Below are positions 1 through 24,420 of a stretch of DNA of 64,000 bases, piece by piece. Each line of letters begins with the position of its first letter. Within the stretch, counting starts at the first letter, position 1. The DNA is from the human T2T-CHM13v2.0 reference genome, Homo sapiens: NCBI RefSeq assembly GCF_009914755.1, contig NC_060940.1; one strand, 5' to 3'. The position numbers were made by a program, and so were the translations under genes. The notes beneath the pieces are model-generated. The model did not search any database. It had not been told where the DNA came from and saw nothing but the letters and a program-made list of their open reading frames with translations.

Positions 1-1244
1 GAGAAAGAACCGGGCCCCATGGGCACCGGGACCCCCACACTGTGCCACCTGCTCTCAGGGCCACATCTTGTGGGACCAGGAGGACCCTGGTGGTGGGTCA
101 GGACCCGGGGGTTCTAGGAGGAGGTGGCTCTGGAAAGCAGAGGGAGGGAGAAGTCCGCCAGCCTGGGACTGACACTCCAATGTCAATGGCGCTGACAGAC
201 CTGGGCCGTGGAGGGGGGGACGGAAGGAAGCCGTCCCCTCCCAGCCCTGGGGCCCATCCCTCTTCTCCTGCCTGGCCTGAGAGTGCCAGGACACTCTGTG
301 ACCCCCAGCTGCTCCCACAGTCCAGACACACACCACAGACCCGGAGCGGTTTCCACACTGTTTAATGGAGTCAAGTCACAAGCAGCCGTCTAGGATTTCT
401 GGGATTCTGTTTCCACTCCCGACTCATCTTTGAGGGCCCCTACCCGGCTCCCCGAGCCCCCTGCTGGCAGGGAAACACAGAGCCTTGAGAGACCGAGAGG
501 AGCAGAAGGGTCTCGGGGCAGGGATCTGCGGGAGGGTGAGGCTGAGACGGGGGAGCAGCAGGGGTGTCCACAAGGAAGACGGGCCCTCCTGGATCATGCA
601 GACCCCACTGCACCCCAGCTAGCGTCTGGGGAACGGCGGGACGTACTGGCGGATCCAGGACACGTAGCTCGTCACGCGGGTGTACATGCCGGGATAGCCG
701 CGAAGGCCGCAGAGTTTGCCCCAGCTCACCACCTCCACCTGGACCCAGGTGCAATTCCGCCTGCACAGGAGGGGGCCCCCGTTGTCGCCCTGTGGGGAGA
801 GATGGCGCTCAGCGAGGGCTCCCCATGTGCCTCCCCATGTGTCCCCCCTAGGAGGGGAGAGACAGGTGGGTCTGGGGTCTCACTGGCCAGGAGCCGTGGT
901 TCCCGTCCCCGGCACACAGCATGTCGTCCTTGATGAGCCGCTCAAACCGCTCAGTGTGGTTGGAAGGAAAGCGGCGGCGACAGGTCTGGTTACAGAGGAC
1001 GTTGCTCCTGACCTTCACCGTCGCCTCCCACAAGCTGAGGGGCCAGGGCAGTAGTTCTGCAAGGAGATGCGAGGTGAGGCGCAGGGGCCTGGCGGGGACA
1101 AGGCTGCAGCTTCTCGTTTTGTCCAGAGCTGAGGCATACAATTCGCTCAGAGCTGGGCCTTCCCTGGCCAGGGGGTGAGCCCCAAGGCTGCAGTCCTGGG
1201 CACAGGAGCCTGGAACCTCAGGACTCACTCTTAGAAATGACTAG

Positions 1245-2053
<809 letters not shown>

Positions 2054-2074
2054 TTAACTCACAAAGTGCCTGTT

Positions 2075-2445
2075 GGGAGGTGGGCAGGGGCACCCCTACG
2101 CCATAACCCCAGAACTTGTCACTGTGACCTTATCTGGAAAAGGACCTTTGCAGATGGAATTAAGATGAGGTCAGTTAGATTAGAGACACCATAAATACCA
2201 TAAATACAGCACCCAGTGTCCGTAGAGGAGGAAGGAGAGGGGAACCTGGAGAAACACGACCGCAAGCCCAGGGGCATGGGGAAGGCATGGAACGGACCCT
2301 CCCTCAGGGCCTCTGAAAGGAACCAACCCTGCCCACGCCTGGAGTGTGGACGTTCCGCCTGCAGAGCCGTGAGATAGTACATTCCTGCTGCTCTGAGCCA
2401 CCTGGCCTGTGGCCATCCGTCTCGGCAGCGGCAGGAAGCCATCCA
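2075..2445 (+). mobile_element. MLT1 (ERVL-MaLR) solo LTR
   Basis: TGTGACCTTATCTGGAAAAGGACCTTTGCAGATGGAATTAAGATGAGGTC...GGAACCAACCCTGCCCAC, typical of MLT1A/B. Confidence 0.75.
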
Positions 2446-3484
2446 GGACGCGTCTGGAGCCCAGGCCTGCACCGACATTCCGGGTCATCTCTCCACATCC
2501 CACCCAAGTGGTCCTGCTCCTGACCTCCACGTCCAATGACACCCCAGCCGGTCACCCAGCAGGTCTTCCCCGAGGGCACGTCCCGGGAGGCAGACGGGAG
2601 CGAGACCGGGTGGATGAGCTCAGACAGCGGCACCGGGGCCTCCAGCTTCAGCAGGGCGATGTCCGCACCGCCCTGGGCAGACAGGCTCTCGTTGTACTGG
2701 GGGTGACGGACGATCTCAACCACCTTCGTCCGCTGGTCGTCCTCATAGAGCCTCAGCTGCCCCACCTGCACTCTAAACGCGCAAGCCTCCAACTCCTCCC
2801 TGGAGAGAGGAACGGGCACCTCTCAAAGTAAGGCCAGATGCTCAGGACCGGGGCTTTCCCTGAATCCTGGGAGGGGCCCCCGGCACACAGGACACCTGCC
2901 CGTCCCCACCCCCACTCCCACCCGCCGAGGGGACAGCAGGCTCCACTCATGGCCCAAGGCAGTGGGCGGCGGTCAGCACCCACTCTGGGTGGATGAGGGA
3001 GCCCCCACAGATGGGCTCCCACAGACCCTTCTTCATGCTGTAGAACCTCAGGCTGACCTGCCAGGGGTGCCTCCTGGCCGAGACGTCGCAGCCCCCAGTG
3101 ATGCCCACCAGCTCACGCCCCGTGCCGGGCTCATGAGGGGGACGGACGAGGGTCTTCCCAGAGCTCAGGGGCACCAGGAGAGACCGGCAATCAGATGGTC
3201 CCCACCCACCCCAGGGCTGGCACTCTGAGCCCGGGGCAGGGCAAGGAGGGGGTCCTGGGCAGCAGGGGCATTGGGTGGGGCGGACTCGCCTGGGTTCCTG
3301 GGCACAGAGCCCATCAGGCAGGGGAGGGTCAGGAGCAGTAGCCACAGCATATGTGGGGAGAAAGCCGGGGCCTGGGGTGAGGCGATCTGAGCCCCAGCTG
3401 GGGTCTGGGAATGGAGAGGGGGGTTCGGAGTGGGCGGCATACTCGTGCCCCAGGTCTCTCTGCCTCCTCCCTGGCATCTCTGGG

Positions 3485-3500
3485 AGCCCATTTATCTCTC
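3485..3500 (-). promoter_or_regulatory. GATAAA TATA-like box of the mastin-like pseudogene
   Basis: Minus strand reads AGAGATAAATGGG about 140 bp upstream of the ATG, resembling the GATAAATGGG element of tryptase promoters (recall). Confidence 0.4.
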
Positions 3501-4734
3501 ATACAGAGGAAGTGGGTGGGCGGGGCAGCCCCCTCCTGGGCACATTCAGAGTGCTGACAGCAGGTGGGGCCAGGCGCTGAGTTCCACTGGGCGGGACTGG
3601 GTCTGGGGCTCAGAAGTGCAGTGTGTGAACCAGGGCCACCTGACCTGCAGGGGCGGGGGGAGGTCTGAGAAATGGTCAACACCACGAAGAGAAGCAGCAG
3701 CGACATCCCAGCTGGGAGTGGGGGGGAGGGGGGAGGGAGGGAGGGAGGGAGGGAGGGAGGGACACACGTGTTAAAGGACAGCCGTTCCGTTCTCCGGCCA
3801 GGTCTCCTCCCTCACCCTCACCTGGGACACCCACCGTCCTTGGGAATGAAGGGTTCACTTCTCGGTGCCTGGAGCCTGTTCTCCTCTTTGGCCCAAAACG
3901 TCCACCCCCCCGAAATAACCCCAAGTGCCCTTACCCCCGTGACGGCCTCGGCTGCAAGAACCAGCTCCAGGAGAGTGCAAGTCACCAGCCAGGGGGCAAC
4001 AGACACAAGCCCAGGATGCAAGGAGCGGCCCCGGTCCCCGACCTCTCTCTGGACCTTCCGCTGCCCTGAGGTGCTGGGGTCGGGGCAAGAAAACATGACC
4101 CATTCTGGACTCGTCAGCAGCTCCAAGGAATGAGGACTTGACATCCCCTTTAGTCTGTTTCCAAGACCCCAAAGTGCCATGGTGTTTTGTGCTCACCCAA
4201 GGGAGAGGGTCATGAGGACCCAGGAGCCCTTCCCCACTGACCCCCCAGCACCAGTGTCCCCAGAACATCAGGATGCTGCTGGAGGTGACTGTCCCGGTGC
4301 CGGTTCCCCTGTGGAGACCCCCCTGGCTGCTCTCAGCCTCACCCAATGCCCTTCTTGGCCCTGCTGGACACAGAGCTGCAGACAGAGATGAAGGAGACAG
4401 CGGTAGCCGCAGGCATTACCCAATGCAACCCCCAGCCCCCGCCCCTGCCCACGTTGCATCACAGCCGACCCGAGGAGCCGCAGCTCCCAGAGGAAGACAC
4501 GGTGGGGCCGATGCAGATGCAGCTGGAGATACAGCCTGGTCTCCCTCCTCTGGGTCAGGTCTCCGGCGCCCTCCCGCCGGCCTGCAGGGCTGCATTAGGA
4601 TGGGGAGTTTGAGCTCAGTTAGAGACCAGCCCCAGAAACGCAGAGAGAGGGTGCAGCGCCGTCCACAGCCCTCTCCCCGCTCTCTCTCCTCCCCTGCCCG
4701 CACAGCCAGCAGCCTGGTCCAGCTCTCTGCGTCC

Positions 4735-6050
<1,316 letters not shown>

Positions 6051-6089
6051 ATGGGCCCAGCAATCGTAAGTGACCAGCAGGACACGCTC

Positions 6090-6355
6090 CTGTGACGAAC
6101 AGCCCCACCCGGTGAGTTTGTTTCCCACCCGAAATCTCCTTCCTCCTGAAACCTGGGTGGGCGCCGCTCAGCCCACTCGGTCTGGCTCTTGGTCCCTCTC
6201 GGTCCTTCTCTCTTGCTTCCTCCTTCACCGTGGGATACCCTGGCTCCCCCTTGGCCTTCCGCCACCACGGGAAGCTCCCGAGGCCTCCCCAGAAGCCAAG
6301 CAGATACTGATGCCGTGCCGTACAGCCTGCAGAACTACAAGCCTCTTTTCCCTCT
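6090..6355 (+). mobile_element. MST (MaLR) LTR fragment
   Basis: GAGGCCTCCCCAGAAGCCAAGCAGAT...GTACAGCCTGCAGAAC motif. Confidence 0.65.
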
Positions 6356-6362
6356 CCTTTCC

Positions 6363-6665
6363 TCTTTTTTTTTTTTTTTTTTTCAGATGGAGTCTCGCTC
6401 TGTCACCCATGCCGGAGTGCAGTGGCACGATCTCAGCTCGCTGCAACCTCTGCCTACTGGGTTCAAGTGATTCTCCTGCCTCAGCCTCCCAAGTAGTTGG
6501 GATTACAGCGCACGCCACCACACCTGGCTAATTTTGTATTTTTAGTAGAAACGAGGGTTTCACCATGTTGGTCAGGCTGGTCTCAAACTCCTGACCTCAA
6601 GTGATCTACCTGACTCGGCCTCCCAAAGTGCTGGGATTACAGGGGTGAGCCACCGCACCCAGCCT
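6363..6665 (-). mobile_element. AluS
   Basis: Poly-T followed by reverse Alu consensus. Confidence 0.9.
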
Positions 6666-6667
6666 GA

Positions 6668-7008
6668 CTTTCCTTTCTCCTCTCCTTTCCTCTCCCCTCT
6701 CCTTTCCTCTCCCCTCTCCTTTCCTCTCCCCTCTCCCCTCTACCGTCTCCTCTCTCCCCTCTCCTTTCCTCTCCCCTCTCCTCTCTCCACTCTCCTTTCC
6801 TCTCCCCTCTCCTTTCCTCTCCCCTCTCCTTTCCTCTCCCCTCTCCCCTCCCCTCTCCCCTCTCCTTTCCTCTCCCTTCTCCCCTCCTCCCTCTCCCCTC
6901 TCCCCCTCCCCCTCCCCCTCTCCCCTCTCTCCTCTCCCCTCTCCCCTCCCCCTCTCCCCTCTCCTTTCCTCTCCCCCCCCCCACTTCCCCCTCCCTCTCT
7001 CCTTTTCC
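6668..7008. repeat. Polypyrimidine (CCTCT/CCTTT)n low-complexity tract
   Basis: About 340 bp almost entirely C/T, at the tail position of the antisense Alu 7008-7262. Confidence 0.95.
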
Positions 7009-7224
7009 CAGGCTATTGCTCTGTCGCCCAGTGGCCTGATCTCAGCTCACTCAACCTCCACCTCCCAGGCTCAAGCCATCCTGTCCTCAGCCTCCAGAAT
7101 AGCTGGGACTACAGGCACATGCTATCACGCCCGGCTAATTTTCTTATTTTTAGCAAAGACAGGGTTTCACTGTGTCACCAAGGCTGGTCTTGAACTCCTC
7201 AGCTCAAGCAATTCTCCCACCTCA

Positions 7225-7610
<386 letters not shown>

Positions 7611-7696
7611 TAAAAAAAAAATTAAAAATTAGCCAGGCACGGTGGCACACACCCGTGGTCTTAGCTATTTGGGAGGCTAAGGTGGGAGAATGGCTT

Positions 7697-8555
<859 letters not shown>

Positions 8556-8928
8556 ACTTGAGCCCGGGAGGTTGAGGCTGCCATGAGGCTACACTCTATC
8601 TCAAAAAAAAAAAAAAAAATTCCAGGAACATGAAGATAATGAGTGATGGTTACATTGTGCATCTTGTGGTAACATTTTAGGTAATTTATCAGCTAGTCTG
8701 AAACTACAGGGAAAGAAAGGCAAATTCCCTGAAACAGCTTCCCTCCTCGCACAGGCGCAGGGGCTTCACACGCCTCCTGCTCAGGTCTCTCTGGGCCTGA
8801 TCCAGGTCACAGACCTCACGTTTCCCAGGCTCTCTGAGCCACATCCATGGGGTGGGCCTGGTGCACCTTCCAAACCTCACCCTGAGTATCTCTTCATCTG
8901 CCCGCTCATTTTTATCCTCTAAGACATC

Positions 8929-11793
<2,865 letters not shown>

Positions 11794-11794
11794 T

Positions 11795-13540
<1,746 letters not shown>

Positions 13541-14131
13541 CCCAGACCTAGAGCAAACCCTGGGAAAAGTGCCCAGCTCACGCTGCATTCGAGTTCTGCC
13601 AGGGAGCACAGCAATGAAGGGTGTGATGGCCCCAAGTGGATTTCACAGCACTGGGGAATCCGAGAGGTTCCGTCCAATCGCCGGATCCTGGCCCAAGGAG
13701 CACGGGCCCTGGTTCTTTCCTCCAGGTCCCGAGGCCAGCAGGGTTTCTCCTTCGATGGTCCTTCTGTCTGTCCCCCAGGGCTCCCTCCTCCTCCCCCAGC
13801 TCCGCACAGCAGGCTGCCCCAGCTCCCTGCCCTCTTCACCGGGTCACCCCCCGCACCCGTCCCCCGGGGTGGGAGGACTACTGGACGGCCAGCGGCCAAA
13901 CCTACGCATGTGACCTACAGCGTATTTCACCACGGCAGGTGAAACCTGAGAACCGCGGGGGCAAAGGTAGAACTTTTTTCTTTTTTCTTTTTTTTTCCTT
14001 TCATGTCTAGTCCTGCAGAGATAACTTTTATTTTCTAAGTGAAATAATTTTTCCCTCTCAAGCTCTAAGTCTGTTTGATTCAGTCAATTGAATCCAGACA
14101 TTTTCAGTCAACGGCCAGCAAGGTTCCGGCT

Positions 14132-14280
14132 GGTTCGTTCATTCATTCATTCATTCATTCATTGATTCATTCATTCATTGCACGGATAACTCACTAAGCA
14201 CCCGCCACAGGTCAGGCACTGCTCCAGACACCAAGAATACGGCAGTGAACGCACAGGCAAATGTCCCTGCTCTCCTGGAT
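14132..14280 (-). mobile_element. L2 3' end with (ATTC)n tail
   Basis: (CATT)n followed by CACTAAGCACC...CAGGCACTGCTCCAGACAC...GTCCCTGCTCTC. Confidence 0.7.
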
Positions 14281-14555
14281 CCGCAAGAGGGCACGACCCA
14301 GGGAACAGGTTTCAGAGCCAAATTACCCCAGCTTCCAAAAGGTTGAGAAATGCTGTGTAGCTAATGCCCCCCTGAAACGCCTGCACCTGTATACAGGTGC
14401 AGTGAACATGCCTGTGTACACCCGCTCCAGCGCACACACACTTACATAAGCGGGTGTAAAACGTGAGCGATTTCTGTAGCCCTGAAAGCCCGTCTAAGAA
14501 GCTGAAGTTTGTTTAAAAAAAAAAAAAATTTTAACAGTGCCAGGGTCGCGCGGGA

Positions 14556-14851
<296 letters not shown>

Positions 14852-16366
14852 AGCATCAGTCTACCTTGCTAAGAAGCTGAAGTTTCACACGTCGGCTTCA
14901 GATGGCGGCTACAGCATCCGACCCACCGTCCACGCGCATGGGAATCCCAGGAGCCCAACCCCACCTGGCTGCAGCCCCATGTCAGGAGACCTGGTCCAAC
15001 CCGCTGCCCCGCCTCCCCACGCCCTCCTGCTGGGTGGGGTGAGGGCTGAGAGCCCACACGCCCCGGTGTGCGACTCTGCAGAGGAGTGACTGCAGGTCTG
15101 CCTGCCCTGCCTCAAGCATCTTAGACACCAGTCAGTGCCCCACTGTCCTGGCCAAAGCGTGTCCTTCGTGCCCCAACACAAGCACAGCCCACTCTGCAGG
15201 CGCGGCTCTGGGCTCAGGCATCCGGTGTCCCTGGAGGGGTCTCCACAGGCTCAGGCAGAGCCCCTCCCGGGGGCGGCCCCACGGTGACACCCACTCCAGG
15301 GACATGGCCGTGTCCCCTGAGGCACCAGCGTTTCACGGCAGGGCCAGCAGGGGGCGGCAGGCAGCCCAGGAGGCGGACGGACTCCCGGCAGCTCTGCCCG
15401 GCTGGCCGTCTGTGGAGCCCTGTTGACAAACCTCCCCTGGTCTCCTGCTCCAGCGTCCACCCCGCCGCAGGCCCCTCTGCTGACCCCTGCTGCCGTCGCT
15501 TGGGTCCCGGCACAGCCCTCTTGCCTCTGCCCGCCCCCTCCCGGGCCGCCTCCTCATGGGGCTTCACGCACCTGCCCAGCCGGGACAGCCAGGTCTGCAC
15601 TCCACCGGGTCCCAGGCTCCGGGAGCCCAGCAGGACCCAACCTGAGCTCCCCCCTCGACCCTCGGCCACCCAGACCTGCGGACCCGGCATCCCCCAGCCA
15701 CGCAAACGCTAGGCCAGGGGGTCACCCTGGACTCCCCCTGCCCTCCCACTCCCTGCAAGTCTGAGTCCCAGGTACCCCTCCATCCACCTCTCTGCGTGGC
15801 CCTGTCCACACCACCGAGCCCCCACACCCCAGATTTCTGCAGGAGTTCGGCTGAGAGGTTTCCCGCGAGGGTCCTGCCCCTCCCAGCTGCTCCACAGCTC
15901 TGATCCAAGCAGAATGCCAATCGCTTGTGTTATGAAGACCCTACTCTGGTGCCCCTCTGCCGGCAGGGGGGAGTCCGAATTCCTTGCTGGGCTCGATTCA
16001 GGCAGCCCCCACCCCTGAGCCCTCAGCCTGGCCATTCTGAACCACGCCCTGGCCCACTCTCTCTGACCTCACCCTTCACCGCTGCATCCCGGAAACTCCA
16101 TGCCCACCTCAATGCCACCTCCTCTAGGAAGGCTGCCCGGACCTGTGAGGGTGTTGGGGCCTCTTTCACTGTCCTCACAATAGTGTGGCTCTGGCTCTGC
16201 AGCAACTCCCCCCTTGCTGACCATCTCCCCAGCGGCCTGTCAGCTCAGGACGGAGGTGGTGGCCGGAATGGATCCTCCTTTACCCCAGCACGGTGCTGGC
16301 CCAGCATGAACACACATTCAGGGAGCTTCTGCTGTCTTGAAAACAACAGAGAGTAAATATGAAGTT

Positions 16367-17740
<1,374 letters not shown>

Positions 17741-18747
17741 AAGGGCTGCGATTTAGAGGAGGCCGGAAAGAGCCACCGGGCGGGTGAGGCGGGAGGGCGG
17801 GGCATGTGGGTGGGGCACTGCTCAGGGAAAGGCATGGAGGCAGGAAGCAGCCCAGGTGTGCAGGAGCCAGGCTTGGGCAGAGGGACGACGTGGAGGGAAT
17901 ACGGCATGGGCAGGCCACTCCTGCCCTATCCAAGGGCTCCTGGTCTTAGCAGCATCTATCAGAGGCAGAACAGGCTGCAGTCGGGGAGAGAGAGGAGGGT
18001 ACCTGACCCGCCCACATGTACCAGGACAAGAATGCTGCACGCAGGGCCAGGTGGGAGGAGGAAAGGTCACGCCCCATGCACCCCGGTCTGTGGGCTTTTC
18101 CGTCTGTTTCAGAGGGTTGGGGGCCAAAAAGCCCTGGCTCCTGGCTGGACTCTCCCTGCATGGGTTTCCAGGGGCTGCCACGACTCCACCGGGCGCTCTC
18201 TTTATTCTCTGCAGTGCTCACGACGGTCATTCCAACTGTGCTGGCCACGACCAGGACTGGAGACCCATCCCTCACCCCAATCTGGTCCCGGCCTCTCTCT
18301 TCCGCGACAGAGGTGATCAATTTGGGGATTGGCAGTGACAGGCATCCAATGAGGCCCACCTCTTTGAGAGTGCAGAAAATCAAAGCTGTAGGTCACGGCA
18401 CAGGGAAACAGAAACGGCCCCAGACTTTGCTCCTACCCCCACCATTCTTCTAGCGGATGGGGACCTGTGAGCCTGGTGACCACCACCAAGGAAGCGGCAC
18501 AGTCAGGAGCGAGGGAGCGGGCTTTGCTCCTTCTCCCTACTGAGCCTCCCAGCCTGGGGAATTTGAGACTAGAAGACACCCCCTGCACTCTCTGGGGCCA
18601 GCCAGAGGCTGAGGGCCCAGGCCTCTACAGTTAGGGGGTTCCCCCAGGGAGCTCGGGAGGAGCCCTGCAGAGCACAGTAGGATCGGGGCACAGCTGGGTC
18701 ACAGCCTCTGAGAAGTATCTTCTGAAACCCTCATCCTGGCTGGTTGA

Positions 18748-20139
<1,392 letters not shown>

Positions 20140-20590
20140 TGAGCTGGTTTTTGTGCGTGCTCCGGGGTAAGGGTCCACCTTCACTCTACTGCAGAGGCCC
20201 TTATTCCTCTGGGGGAATCGGCCCTCAGTGAAGAGGCCTCTGCTCTCAAACCCCTGTGCAGAGCCTGGCCCCAGCAGGCCCCGGAGGGGGCACCCAGGGC
20301 ACTGGAGGTCCCGCCCTACCGCAGGCAGCTCTGCATCACACTTCCTGCTCCCCTCCCAAGGGGACCAGGGCAAAGGTGGGCGCGTGCCTGGCACAGTCAG
20401 CCACAAGCCTTGCCCAGGATCTTATAGTTACTGATTCAAACCCCCCACCCTCTCCAAGCCTCAGTTTCTCCTTTGTACCCAGGGAGCTGGACCCAACAAG
20501 TCCCCTCTCCTTGAAAACGTGTGCCAGGTGCAGGCTGCTCAAAGGACACTTGTGGGCTGAGGATGCACAACTGAGGGAGCCTCTTCCCTC

Positions 20591-20672
20591 CCCCACCTGC
20601 TCCATGCCCCTCACCCCCACCTGCTCCATGTCCCTCACCCCCACCTGCTCCATGTCCCTCACCCTCACCTGC
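20591..20672. repeat. 24-bp tandem repeat, about 3.3 copies (CCCCACCTGCTCCATGTCCCTCAC)
   Basis: Directly visible. Confidence 0.85.
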
Positions 20673-21151
20673 CACAGCCTCCCCAAACCCCAGCCCCTCC
20701 TGGCACTACTTCCCACCAGGACAGGAATTCTCTAGATGCCTGAGCCATGTCTCCTCAGTCCCTCACCACACACACACAGGGAACCAGGGCCTTGTCTTAC
20801 TTCTCCTGTTCCACAACCTTCTATGGCTCCCATGGCCCACAGGTTCAGGCCCAGGCCCTCCCCAGCCACACACCACATCCAGTCAGTCTCCCCAAGCCCC
20901 ACTCATGACAAGCCCCCCACCTCACCAGCCCTGCCCTCTCTGTGCCTGAGGCTGCAGTGGGATCCACCGAGGCCCGTGGCTGTCTTGCTTTTCTTCAGCC
21001 ACGGCTTTTACTGGCTGACGCCTCCCCACACAGCCCTGTGCTGGCATCTTCGCCAGAAAGATGGCGTTGGAACCTTAGCCCATGTCAGGAAGCCAAAGGG
21101 CCATATCCCTCTGCCAGGCTTGCCCAGGGGGCTGGTTAAGAATGCAGATTT

Positions 21152-21502
<351 letters not shown>

Positions 21503-21749
21503 CTAGACAGGCCACGGAGGCTCTGAGCCTGGGAGTTGCAGCCAGGCCAGGCCCCCGCTGGTCTTGGTGGGACAGGGCTGTGCATGGCTTCCAGGGACTG
21601 GATTCTGGGGGAGGCTGCCCCTGCTGCCCTGGACCCACATCCCCACGGCTGCGCCTCCCAGGCAGGCAGACCCAGGGTGTGTGGCTGCCCCTCCTGCTGC
21701 AGGTGCCTGACAGGGAAATGCCCGCTGGGGACCCTGTGGGAGGTGGTGG

Positions 21750-22897
21750 GGGAATGAGTGAGGGAGGGAGGGAGTGAATGAGTGAGGGAGGGAATGAGTG
21801 AGTGAGGGAGGGAATTAATGCATGAGTGAGGGAGGGAATGAATGAATGAGGGAGGAAGGGAATGAGTGAGGGAGGGAATGAATGAGTGAGGGAGGGAATG
21901 AGTGAGGGAGGGAATGAATGAGGGAGGGAATGAATGAATGAGGGAGAGAGGGAGGGAATGAGGGAGGGAGGCAATGAGTGAGGGATGGAATAAATGAGTA
22001 AGGGAGGGAATGAGTGAGGGAGGGAGGGAATGAATGAATGAGGGAGGGAGTGAATGAATGAGTGAGGGAGGAAGTGAATGAGGGAGGAAGGGAATGAGTG
22101 AGGGATGGAATGAATAAGGGAGAGAATCAGTGAGGGAGGGAGGGAATGAATGAGTGAGGGAGGGAATGAGTGAGGGAGGCAGGGAATGAATGAGGGAGGG
22201 TGGGAATGAATGAGGGAGGGAATGAATGAATGAGGGAGGGAATGAATGAATGAGGGAGGGAGGGAATGAGGGAGGGAGGGAATGAATGAGGGAGGAATGA
22301 GTAAGTGAGGGAGGGAATGAGTTTGTGAGAGTGGGAATGAGTGAGGGAGGGAGGGAATGAATGAATGAGAGAGGAAATGAGTGAGGGAGGGAATGAGTGA
22401 GGGAAGGAATGAATGAGTGATGGAGGGAATGAATGAATCAGTGAGGGAGGGAATCAGTGAGGGAGGGAATGAGTGAGTGAGGGAGGGAGGGAATGAATGA
22501 GAGAGGGAATGAGTGAGGGAGGGAAGGAATGAATGAGGGTGGGAATGAATGAATGAGGGCGGGAATGAATGAATGAGGGCGGGAATGAGTGAGAGTGAGA
22601 ATGAGTGAGTGAGGGAGGGAATGAATGAGTGAGGGAGGGAATGAGTGAGGGAGGGAATGAGTGAGTGAGGGAGGGAATGAGTGAGTGGGAATGAATGAGT
22701 AAGTGAGGGAGGGAATGAGTGAGTGAGGGTGGCAATGAATGAGTAAGTGAGGGAGGGAATGAGTGAGAGAGGGAAGGAATGATTGAGTGATGGAGGGATC
22801 GAATGAATGAGGGAGGGAGGGAATTAGTGAGTGAGGGAGGGAATGACAGAGTAGGGGAGGGAATGAATGAATGAGTGAGGGAGGGAATGAATGAATG
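21750..22897. repeat. Complex purine-rich (GGAATGA/GTGA/GGGA)n satellite-like array
   Basis: About 1.15 kb almost without C on the + strand; units such as GAGGGAGGGAATGAATGAGT. Confidence 0.95.
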
Positions 22898-22899
22898 TG

Positions 22900-24420
22900 G
22901 TCACTCCCCGCGGTCCCCAAGCACCCGGACACCGTGACCTTGGCTGCGGCCCCGCCGTCGGCGAAATGCGGGCGGGGGGGCCGGGAGAGCCCGGGGGCCA
23001 GCACGGTCGCGCGTTGGCGAACGGACTGTCCCGCGCGCTCGCGGGTCTGGGGGCCTCCCGACCCGGTCCTGCTTGTTGCGTGGGCGGGAGGGGGGTCCGG
23101 AAGCGCCCCTCCCCCACGGGCTCGCCCCGCCCCCGCCGCTCGCGGTCCCCCACGACCCGCCCGCGCCCCGGCCCAGGGCCAGCCCCCGGTTTAGGGAGCA
23201 TCCACACTTCTCCTCCCGTCGGTCATGCTCGCATTCGGCCTTTTGTACGGGGTCAGCTCATTGGGCGGATGAGAAGGTGTCCCCGCCTACCGCCCCGAAC
23301 TGGCCAATTGCAAGGGGTTTCACAGGGCGCTGAACTCGCGGGAGCGTCACCGTCCTGCGACGCTTCAGAGGATCCTTAGGCCTCAGTGGTCTTTGGCCCC
23401 CGGCCCCAGGACCTGACCCCAAGGAAACCTCCGGGACCTGTGGCTGGAGAGGTGACCGCCAGGCATCCGGGGAGCCTTTGGAGATCTCGGCTTCCTTTTT
23501 CCCCCGCTGCTTGCCGGCGTGTCCTCGGGTGGACGCGGGCAGCCCGAAGGGGAGTTTACAGACGCTCCCTCACATCGGGGACGCGGCTCCTTTAAGGGCG
23601 TAGGTGTCCAGGGCGCCGCCTGACTGGAAAGTCGCCCCCCGGCCGGGCTCCTGGGGCGGACCCGGGGCGCGGGCGCGCGGCGGCGGGGCGCGGGCAACGG
23701 GGAGCGCTCGGCGGCGCGGGAGGCGCTCGGGGCCGGGCGGCAGGAGCGGCGCGCGAGGCAGGCGTGCAGAGGGCAGCCCCGCGTTAGGCCCCGCCCCGCG
23801 CGCCCCGCCCGCGCCAGGGTCCTCGGAGCTGCTCTGGCTGCGCGCGGAGCGGGCTCCGGAGGGAAGTCCCGAGACAAAGGGAAGCGCCGCCGCCGCCGCC
23901 CCGCTCGGTCCTCCACCTGTCCGCTACGCTCGCCGGGGCTGCGGCCGCCCGAGGTGAGCGCGTGCGGGGGCCGGGCCGGGGCCGCGGGGCGGGGGTCGGG
24001 CCGAGGCCTCTACTCCTGTTGGGCCCGGGCCCCCGACTGCCCCGCGCCCCGCCCCGCCGAGCCGGGCCCCGCGCCGCGGCCGAGCTTTCCGGGGAGCCCG
24101 AGAGGCCCCGCGCTCGGCGCCGGCTCGGTCCGCGCTGCTGGCGCCGCTGGGCTGCGGCCCGAGCGGCCGGGCCGCCGCAGGCCTTCGGGGCCGGGGCTCC
24201 CCCACTTCGCCCCCGAGGTGCGCCTGGCGCGGGGCCGGGGCAGCCACCTGCAGCCGGGGCCCCGCGAGGTCGCGCCTTCCTCCTGCGCGGGGAGCGGCTT
24301 CCGGGGTCACGGTCGCCCCGCGGACGGATAGGATGGGCCGCGGGGGGAGAGTCTTGGATTGCAACATCGCTGGCTCGCGGGGGTGGGGGCCGGCGAGCGG
24401 GCTTGTTTTCGGTGCCTTAA
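22900..24420 (+). promoter_or_regulatory. UBE2I: UBE2I CpG-island promoter with non-coding first exons (about 23333-23450 and about 23820-23953)
   Basis: Very high CpG density; ATTGG 23260-23264, CCAAT 23304-23308, GC boxes; donors GAG|gtgacc (23450) and GAG|gtgagc (23953). Confidence 0.85.

Noticed and set aside
6637-7193. Glu/Gly/Arg and Ser/Pro/Leu ORFs
   Set aside because: Low-complexity pyrimidine tract plus Alu.
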